A DNA stretch of 27,980 bases from an uncultured Candidatus Micrarchaeota archaeon (GTDB taxonomy: Archaea; Micrarchaeota; Micrarchaeia; Burarchaeales; Fermentimicrarchaeaceae), in the NCBI GenBank assembly GCA_963760615.1, contig CAVXDX010000006.1, positions 1 to 27,980 of the forward strand, given 5' to 3'. Below, piece by piece: positions 16,705 to 23,571 of this stretch (the stretch's first letter is position 1; the number at the start of each line of letters is the position of its first letter). Both the position numbers and the translations under genes were made by a program. A model generated the notes under the pieces. The model was not told the origin of the DNA and ran no database searches. It worked only from the letters and a program-made list of their open reading frames with translations.

Positions 16705-17744
16705 AAGCTTCCAAAAAACTCACAGCCTGCCTGCTGGTTCTAGCCATGGCTCTGGCTGGCTGCACCGCAGCAGGAGGGACTCTGACAGTGAAGCCCGCAT
16801 GTAGTGCAGGAGCTGTAAGCGGTGACTTTGTTAGTATGTGGACCACAAATTGGCAGGGCATAGCCTTTCTTGCAGCTTCAACTGTTTGGGTGGTGAGCAT
16901 ATTTGCCTATGTTCTTGGTTACGTCCTGAACCATCAAAAAGTGATAATATGGGCGAAGGAGCAGATGCAGGAGGCAGTCCTTGCCATGGCCATCACGCTG
17001 TTCGTGGTTGGCTTCGTGTCATTCCTCTGCAGTGTTGATCTGAATTCTCTTGGCATAGGTCCAGCATGCGGCGTAAACAGCGGCAATTTTGTTGATGTTG
17101 GATTTGGGTGCCTCGCTTCAATGTACTCAACAGTGATGAGTGGCTACCTACTAGTAATTGGAATCAACACTGCGCTAAGCGCGGCAGCAACAATAACTGT
17201 GGGTTTTGCCCCAGGTGGAGTCGGGCCGATTTTCGCGCCATTCGCATTCCTGGCTGAAATTGCAAATTCATTCCTGCTTGCAACCATTGCCCTGCTAACA
17301 AGCTTAGTTTTCACAATGACTCAGATGATACTTTTGAAGATGACCGGGAGCATGTTCGTCATACTCTTTCCCATTGGCGTCATCCTAAGGTCCTTTGGTG
17401 CAACTAGAGGTTTCGGAGGTGGTCTCATAGCCATAGCACTTGGGTTCTTCCTCTTCTACCCCCTGCTGATAGTGCTTTTCTACGCATCAGTAACTGGGGA
17501 TATTTCTGACGACTTCACCAACCTCAACGAAGCGTTTAAAAATGCAGGGCCCTCGCCAACCAGCCCCGATTGGTTTATGGGCGGCGGTCTGCTTAATTAT
17601 TTCGTAGGGTTCGTAGGTAAAACTATAATGGGAGCAATTATCCTACCTTTAATAATGTTCATGGTCCTCATAGCATTTGTAAAAGGGCTATCCATGGCCC
17701 TTGGAGAGGAGGTCGACGTGAGTAACCTCACGAGACTTATATAG
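16701..17744 (+). CDS. VirB6/CedA-like membrane protein, paralog 5, with an N-terminal lipobox-like signal
   Basis: MKASKK...MALAG|C21, IWAKEQMQE, FPIGVILRSFGATRGFGGGLIAIALGFFLFYP and C-terminal LGEEVDVSNLTRLI. ATGA overlap with paralog 4. Confidence 0.65.
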   Translation: MKASKKLTACLLVLAMALAGCTAAGGTLTVKPACSAGAVSGDFVSMWTTNWQGIAFLAASTVWVVSIFAYVLGYVLNHQKVIIWAKEQMQEAVLAMAITLFVVGFVSFLCSVDLNSLGIGPACGVNSGNFVDVGFGCLASMYSTVMSGYLLVIGINTALSAAATITVGFAPGGVGPIFAPFAFLAEIANSFLLATIALLTSLVFTMTQMILLKMTGSMFVILFPIGVILRSFGATRGFGGGLIAIALGFFLFYPLLIVLFYASVTGDISDDFTNLNEAFKNAGPSPTSPDWFMGGGLLNYFVGFVGKTIMGAIILPLIMFMVLIAFVKGLSMALGEEVDVSNLTRLI

Positions 17745-17752
17745 GTGAGAAA

Positions 17753-18761
17753 ATGATGCTTCAGATATGGTGGGCAGAACCTTGGAATTCAGGAGCCCCC
17801 GTTGATGTGGGGGGAACCTGGAATGTGTGGCAGCCCATAGCGCTGTTGGCAGTCACCACGGCCTTCCTAGTCGTTGCACTTTCCTACATGCTTGGGGTGA
17901 CATTCAATCTTGACGGTTTAAGGAAATGGGCCAAGGCTGAGTTCTACCAGGCTCTGGCAAGTGCGGTTCTGGTAGTGTTCCTGCTTTTCCTGATGGACAT
18001 TATGGTCAACCAAGGTTTTCAGACGATGATTGGCGGGATGAACCCATACAAGAAAGCCTATGCGTACCTTGATGGAGTCATGGACTCCCTCTATGCCATA
18101 TACATAAACGTCTACAACGTAAACTTCCCAATTGAGTTCCTCTCAACGTTCTCATTCTACTTCAACGCAGCCGGTCTTGATTATGCACCGTTCGAACTCG
18201 TCCTCAGCCCCATAATCGAGCAACTGCACTTCCAGGCCCATGTGGTAACAATTGCCGCAATCTCAACAGCATCGCAGAAAGCACTCATACATTTATTCTA
18301 CAACACAGGGTTCTCAGTCTTCATACCCGCGGGTGTTCTGCTCAGGATATTCCCATGGACTAGAGGGGCGGGTGGCCTGCTCATAGCGCTGGGAATTGGT
18401 CTTGCAGTGGTATATCCAGTCATGTTCACCTACGTGGCTCTCATGTCCGAGAACCCATCGGAGGTCCAGAGACAGGCATCCCAGCTCGGCAATAGCATAG
18501 GGGGATTCGATCTTACTCAATACGGCGCGTGCGCGAGCGATTTTCAAAATGCGACTGATGTCGCAACCAACAAGGTTCCTCTCCCCGCAACTTAGGAACT
18601 CATCCGCCTGGCTTCTTGGCTGGCTCTCCGGTGTGTGGCTGAAAATATTCTACTACCCCATGCTGGTGCTCCTCGTAACCTTCACATTCATAAGGACAAT
18701 AGCTCCATTGTTAGGTGCGGATATAAGTGATATAGGACAGGGGATAATCAGGATACTGTAG
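17753..18761 (+). pseudogene. VirB6/CedA-like membrane protein, paralog 6, interrupted by a one-base frameshift near 18575
   Basis: KWAKAEFYQALAS and IPAGVLLRIFPWTRGAGGLLIALGIG are in ORF 17753-18595. The family C-terminus (FIRTIAPLLGADISDIGQGIIRIL) is in ORF 18549-18761. Removing one base gives 335 aa. Confidence 0.75.
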
Positions 18762-18769
18762 GTGGTTCT

Positions 18770-19585
18770 TTGCAGATAGAGAGGAAAACAGCCCTTGGAT
18801 GCATTGGCATAAGCGCATTCCTGCTACTGCTGACTTTAATTGTAGGCGGGCTGGGGTGGATTGCGGGGCTCGTCCTGATACTTGCTGCCGCCTTCTCAAC
18901 AACAGGCTTGATTCTTTTCAAGTACGGCTACTGGATAGTCCCCTTCCTCACAAGGAGGGTGAGGGTGATAGATGTCATAGAAGAGCCCTATGAAATATCT
19001 TCAGCGCAGGATGCGGTCATCAAGAAAGTTGGCAATACCTACTACGCCTCGGTGTTTGTTCATGTAAGAGTATATGAATCCGCGACAGAGAAAAGCGATG
19101 AGGAAAAGGTTGCATACATGGATTTGTGGGAGAGGACAATCTCAGGTTTGAAGTTTGTTACGAAGTTTTGCATATCCTCCTATGTTAAGGATCTAACAAA
19201 ATACAAAAGCATCATTGAGGGCAAGAAGGCCGATGCCCAGCTCAGGCTTGCAAACGAACGTGGCAAACCAGAGCCAAGCGAAGCGGAGTTGGATAAGATT
19301 GAGAGAGAGATAGCAATGTGGGATAACATGTTTTCAAAACTTAATACGGGGGGCAACCCCATAACGCAGATAACCTACGTAATGACTTCTGGGCAAGGCC
19401 CAACACCTGAAATGGCTTTAGCTGCTGCGAAAAATCAGGCAAACGAGATAAAAACCACAATATCAACTACTCTCAATGCCGAGGTTGCGGTGCTTACAGG
19501 GGATGATATGAAGAGATGTTTTGAGTGGGAGTACATGCTGCCTCCTATGATAAGAGAGGATGTGGTTGCCCAAGAGGGAGTTTAA
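18770..19585 (+). CDS. Membrane-anchored protein resembling a PrgI/VirB3 anchor plus the non-catalytic VirB4 N-terminal (TraC-like) region, paralog A
   Basis: TTG start, two N-terminal TMs, then a soluble alpha/beta domain with a coiled-coil hairpin. Shares QD-YY-YES-YMDLWER-KFC-AQLRL-ERE-GxDMKxCFEWE-PP with the next ORF. The family assignment is inferred from layout and position. Confidence 0.55.
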   Translation: MQIERKTALGCIGISAFLLLLTLIVGGLGWIAGLVLILAAAFSTTGLILFKYGYWIVPFLTRRVRVIDVIEEPYEISSAQDAVIKKVGNTYYASVFVHVRVYESATEKSDEEKVAYMDLWERTISGLKFVTKFCISSYVKDLTKYKSIIEGKKADAQLRLANERGKPEPSEAELDKIEREIAMWDNMFSKLNTGGNPITQITYVMTSGQGPTPEMALAAAKNQANEIKTTISTTLNAEVAVLTGDDMKRCFEWEYMLPPMIREDVVAQEGV

Positions 19586-20410
19586 ATGCCGGCAATAAGC
19601 ATTGGGATAAACGAGAAGACAATCACAGCTGCTGCTCTGGGCGTAGCCTTCCTATCCATGATGCTCGGAATCTCGGCATCGGGGCTGGGCCTATTCAAAA
19701 TAGTCGTAGTCCTGTTTTGCATTTTCTTCCTTGCGTTGGACGCTGTTGTCTACCAGCTGGGCTTCATCATTCTCCCTTTCATAACGAAGGTTCTGAGAGT
19801 GAGGGAGATACGGGCTGGAGGCTTCGAAGTTCCCCCCTCGCAGGATGTCATACTCAAGAGCGTTGGCGGTGTTTATTACGCAACGCAATTCCTTTATGCA
19901 AGGTTATACGAGTCCGCATCTGCAGGTGTTCAGGAAGAGCAGTCATCATACATGGATTTGTGGGAAAGGGCAGTGGCGAGCATGGATTTTCCATTCAAAT
20001 TCTGCGTGCTCTCCTACCTGGAAGATATCCTGAAATTCAGGGAGGATGCGGAAACAAAGAGGGCGGCAGCTCAGCTGAGGCTCGGAAGGGAAAGGGAGAA
20101 ACCGCGTCCAGACGCAATAACCATAGACAAATGGGAGAGGGAAGTTGCAAAGCAGAATGCGCTGCTCGCGAGGCTCTCATCAGGGGAAAAACCATTGGGA
20201 ACGTTAATGTATGCTATGACTATTTCAGTCGGCGTAAGCCCCGAGGCAGCCACAGCTGCAGTGAAAGGACAGACTAATGAGCTGAAAGCGGCTTTCTCCA
20301 ATGCTCTCAATGTAGAGATGCTTGAACTGAAAGGAGAGGACATGAAGAAATGCTTTGAGTGGGAAGTGGCATTCCCCCCAACACTTAAAGATTTAAAAGG
20401 CTCGATATAA
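19586..20410 (+). CDS. Paralog B of the 18770 protein
   Basis: Colinear similarity to paralog A over the whole soluble domain. A 19-nt DNA identity (CATACATGGATTTGTGGGA) covers YMDLWE. Confidence 0.55.
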   Translation: MPAISIGINEKTITAAALGVAFLSMMLGISASGLGLFKIVVVLFCIFFLALDAVVYQLGFIILPFITKVLRVREIRAGGFEVPPSQDVILKSVGGVYYATQFLYARLYESASAGVQEEQSSYMDLWERAVASMDFPFKFCVLSYLEDILKFREDAETKRAAAQLRLGREREKPRPDAITIDKWEREVAKQNALLARLSSGEKPLGTLMYAMTISVGVSPEAATAAVKGQTNELKAAFSNALNVEMLELKGEDMKKCFEWEVAFPPTLKDLKGSI

Positions 20411-20420
20411 AGGTGTATCC

Positions 20421-21950
20421 ATGGGAGTGTTAAAAGTCCAATCTGTAATGAGCAATGAGCTTGCCAAGAGGCCACTGTTTGTGAGGCCTCCTGAGCCACC
20501 AGCAGAGTACATAGCCCTTGACCCTTCCAATTCAATCTATGTTGGGAAAACGAGAATATTCCATGTTCCTTTCAACTGGTCCTACCAATACCTGACAAAC
20601 CCGCACATATGCATCGTGGGGATAACCGGTGCGGGAAAATCTTACTTCGTCAAAACCTTCCTGTCAAGGGCTGCCTTCGTCTGGGGAAGCAATGCCATAA
20701 TAATTGACTGGGCTGGGGAGTACAGGGCATGGGTCAAGCAGACAGGGGGAAGGGTAATCGCCCTCGGTAAGGGGGATTTCATAAATCTCATGGATCTGGG
20801 AGGAATGAAGCCGCTTGACAGGGTGAAGCAGATTATAAGGACTCTTGAGATACTCACAGACATAGGTCAGTACCCGGAGCAGAGGAGGCTGACAGAACAG
20901 GCTCTTGAGGAAACTTACACGGAAGCTGGCTTCAAGCTCAATGAAACCGAGCACAAGGGCTCTGATGGAAACCCGCTGCCTCCCCCCACCCTGAAGGATG
21001 TGGTGAAGATACTGGAGGACAAGCTCAAGGCAGGCACCTATGAGTTCCCAGCGGAGCTGGAGAATGCTGTATACCGCTTGAGGAACTTCTGCAGGCCAGG
21101 TGAGGATTATTTCGCCCAGCAGAGCACAGTGAAGCTTGAGGAGCTGACAGAAGTGGGACTGGTGGATGTTGACATGAGCGGACTTCCTGACGAGGTTATG
21201 AGAGGATTAGCAGGTCTATTTGTGCTCCAGTTCCTCAAGGAGAAGATGAGGTCCACGGGATGGACCGCAACCAAGGGCTTAAGGGTGTTTGTAGTGCTCG
21301 ATGAGGCCTGGAAGATAGCGAAGGACGAGAGGTCGGATGCAATAATGATTGTGAGGGAGGGAAGGAAGTATAACTTCGGCCTTATAGTCGCATCGCAGAA
21401 CCCCACCGACATACACGAGACCATATTCTCCAATGTTGGGACAACTTTCATCCTGAGAGTGAAATTCCAGAACTTCCTGGATTATATTCAAGGCTCGCTC
21501 AACTTCAGCGATTATATGAGGGGCGAGATAAGCAAGTTCGGCGTGGGACAATGTGCCGTGAACATGGCATTCCAGACCAGCACAAGATTCCCCGAAACAT
21601 TCCTGCTGGAGAAGATTCATGGTGAAGAGCCTCTTGAGGAGTACTCCCTTGATGTGCAATCCATACTCACCCAGGCTCAGCTGGCGGATGAGGATGTCCC
21701 TCAGAATTATGCCTTTGAAAAAAATGAGCTGAAGAACAAGCTCACTGAATTTGGAATGGATGATATACGCGCATCCGAACTGATAAATATGTTTAACAGG
21801 AATAACAAGCGCATGGATATACTCAGCTTTGTGGAGTTTCTCGAGAAGAACGACCTCGCAAGAGGAAATATAACTTCATTCCTGAAGGGGGTCGGCATGG
21901 AGGATTCCATGATAATAGACATACTGAACAGGATAGGCGTTGGAGGGTGA
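20421..21950 (+). CDS. VirB4/HerA/FtsK-superfamily ATPase (CedB/VirB4-like)
   Basis: NPHICIVG then Walker A GITGAGKS (20619-20642), IIIDWAGEY, Walker B VVLDEAW, arginine finger REGRKY and sensor ASQNP. No TM. About 80-aa helical C-terminal extension. Confidence 0.9.
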   Translation: MGVLKVQSVMSNELAKRPLFVRPPEPPAEYIALDPSNSIYVGKTRIFHVPFNWSYQYLTNPHICIVGITGAGKSYFVKTFLSRAAFVWGSNAIIIDWAGEYRAWVKQTGGRVIALGKGDFINLMDLGGMKPLDRVKQIIRTLEILTDIGQYPEQRRLTEQALEETYTEAGFKLNETEHKGSDGNPLPPPTLKDVVKILEDKLKAGTYEFPAELENAVYRLRNFCRPGEDYFAQQSTVKLEELTEVGLVDVDMSGLPDEVMRGLAGLFVLQFLKEKMRSTGWTATKGLRVFVVLDEAWKIAKDERSDAIMIVREGRKYNFGLIVASQNPTDIHETIFSNVGTTFILRVKFQNFLDYIQGSLNFSDYMRGEISKFGVGQCAVNMAFQTSTRFPETFLLEKIHGEEPLEEYSLDVQSILTQAQLADEDVPQNYAFEKNELKNKLTEFGMDDIRASELINMFNRNNKRMDILSFVEFLEKNDLARGNITSFLKGVGMEDSMIIDILNRIGVGG

Positions 21951-21954
21951 GGGA

Positions 21955-22254
21955 GTGGCAAAGTCATACCCCTTTGACAAGAGTGATTTGAGAAAGAAGC
22001 TCAAGCTGTTCGGCCTTAGCGATGCGCATCTAGAGGAAATTATAACAATGTTTGACAAGAAGAATAAGCGCATGGATGTGGTGGCGTTTGTGCTCAACCT
22101 AGAGAAGTTCGGGGTCACCAGGGCGCAAATTTCCAATTTTCTTAAAGACCTTGGAATAGAAGAAACAACTCTCATGAGCGTGTTCTCAAGAACTGACTTC
22201 AAGAAGGCGGGAGTTGATGATAAAAAGATTCAGGAAGTTGTGCTGAAAGGATGA
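21955..22254 (+). CDS. Small protein homologous to the ATPase C-terminal domain
   Basis: 31 of 77 residues identical, ungapped, to ATPase residues encoded from 21705 (hand alignment). Likely start GTG 21955 (GGTG-N5). Confidence 0.85.
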   Translation: MAKSYPFDKSDLRKKLKLFGLSDAHLEEIITMFDKKNKRMDVVAFVLNLEKFGVTRAQISNFLKDLGIEETTLMSVFSRTDFKKAGVDDKKIQEVVLKG

Positions 22255-22258
22255 TATT

Positions 22259-22624
22259 GTGAAAAAATCCATCTGCATAGTCTGCAAGAAAGAGAAGAAG
22301 GGAAGCAGGGTTGAGAATGATCTATACCTAGACACAATAAGAAAGATAAAGAACAGGCTGGGCATCGCCAGGAATAACACGCTCGTTGTATGCAAGGATT
22401 GCCTTCCCAAAGCAGAGGAGAAGAGGAAGAGGTTTGAGAGAACACTGATGACCTGGACTATCCTCGCAATTCTGTTATTTATCATGCTTGTCGTCATGTC
22501 TCAAACTCTTCAGGCTATCTTCTATGGTCTTGCATTAGCAGTTGTCTTCATTCTATTCTCGCTCATACTATACTTCCCAAGAGTTGAGGAACATGGCGGA
22601 AAAAAAAGAGGAAGCGTCGGCTGA
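22259..22624 (+). CDS. Small Zn-ribbon (CxxC...CxxC) protein with two C-terminal TM helices
   Basis: CIVC and CKDC motifs, a basic linker, then two hydrophobic segments. GTG start. Confidence 0.75.
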   Translation: MKKSICIVCKKEKKGSRVENDLYLDTIRKIKNRLGIARNNTLVVCKDCLPKAEEKRKRFERTLMTWTILAILLFIMLVVMSQTLQAIFYGLALAVVFILFSLILYFPRVEEHGGKKRGSVG

Positions 22625-23369
22625 GAAGAAGGAGCTCAGGAAGGAACTCAAGGACGAGGTTCCCGCACCGCAGGTTGCCGGCTTCAGGCTCCCGGCTAGG
22701 AGAGTAAAGGATTTGAGCGAGATAACAAGTGCGCTCTCTATGCTCAGCTCAATCCAGCTGGCCGTCGAAGGCGACTATGTAGCCGCGCTGAATGTTGAGA
22801 GCAGGGATATACGAAAGAGCCCCTATCTATTCTCAACGGTGTACTTCAGGCCCAGCGAGATAGAGGTTGTATACACGATAGTGCCTGGCATAAGCAAGAG
22901 GAAGAGGAACATAGAAGTGCTCAAGCATTTCCTGAACATCCTGACCCTAATGGGACATAACTACGAGATAGACAACAAGCAGCTCTACCAGATTATAAGG
23001 AATTACCTGACCGAAATAACGGAATTCGCCACGTCCACCTATGATGAGATATATGCAAAATACGACATGCTGAACAATGAATCCCTCTCACTCCAAAGGA
23101 AGATTGAGAACCTCAATGCCTCTCTTGCCAAACTCACAAAGGAGACAATAGAACTGAACGCAAAGAATGATGAGCTTGTATTGAGGCTGAAAGAGCTTGA
23201 ATCGCCATCTGATGATACTCTCAAAGTGAAAATACAGGAGTGGCTGGAGCTGCATAACAACGAGATAAACATAACTGAATTCGCAAAGGTATACAACGTT
23301 CTGGAATCCCGGGTGGAGCACCTGCTCAACGCAATGGTCACGCAGGGCAACCTTGAGTACATAGGGTAA
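22593..23369 (+). CDS. Cytoplasmic protein: alpha/beta domain, coiled coil, C-terminal winged helix
   Basis: Likely start ATG 22593. Heptad region YDEIYAKY...LKELE. The C-terminus IQEWLELHNNEINITEFAKVYNVLESRVEHLLNAMVTQGNL fits a wHTH pattern. Confidence 0.75.
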   Translation: MAEKKEEASAEKKELRKELKDEVPAPQVAGFRLPARRVKDLSEITSALSMLSSIQLAVEGDYVAALNVESRDIRKSPYLFSTVYFRPSEIEVVYTIVPGISKRKRNIEVLKHFLNILTLMGHNYEIDNKQLYQIIRNYLTEITEFATSTYDEIYAKYDMLNNESLSLQRKIENLNASLAKLTKETIELNAKNDELVLRLKELESPSDDTLKVKIQEWLELHNNEINITEFAKVYNVLESRVEHLLNAMVTQGNLEYIG

Positions 23370-23373
23370 GACG

Positions 23374-23571
23374 ATGGAGCAACCCCCCAGCAGTGAAATA
23401 CTGGAATCCCGGTTCAGGAAAGAGACCTATCTACTCCGCGTAAAAAAGAGATTCCAGAACACCAAGCATTTTGTAATAAAAAAAAGGTATAAGGAGGAGG
23501 AGAATCCGCTGGGTGAGAAAGTCCTTGCGCTATTCAAGAAGATGGGTTGGATCAAAGAGGGTCAAAGATGA
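23374..23571 (+). CDS. Small basic hypothetical protein (65 aa)
   Basis: Fills the gap between co-oriented genes, starting 4 nt after the upstream stop. ATGA overlap with the next gene. Confidence 0.6.
   Translation: MEQPPSSEILESRFRKETYLLRVKKRFQNTKHFVIKKRYKEEENPLGEKVLALFKKMGWIKEGQR

Noticed and set aside
18540-18600. Programmed ribosomal frameshift in paralog 6
   Set aside because: No X XXY YYZ slippery site or evident stimulatory structure at the required position.
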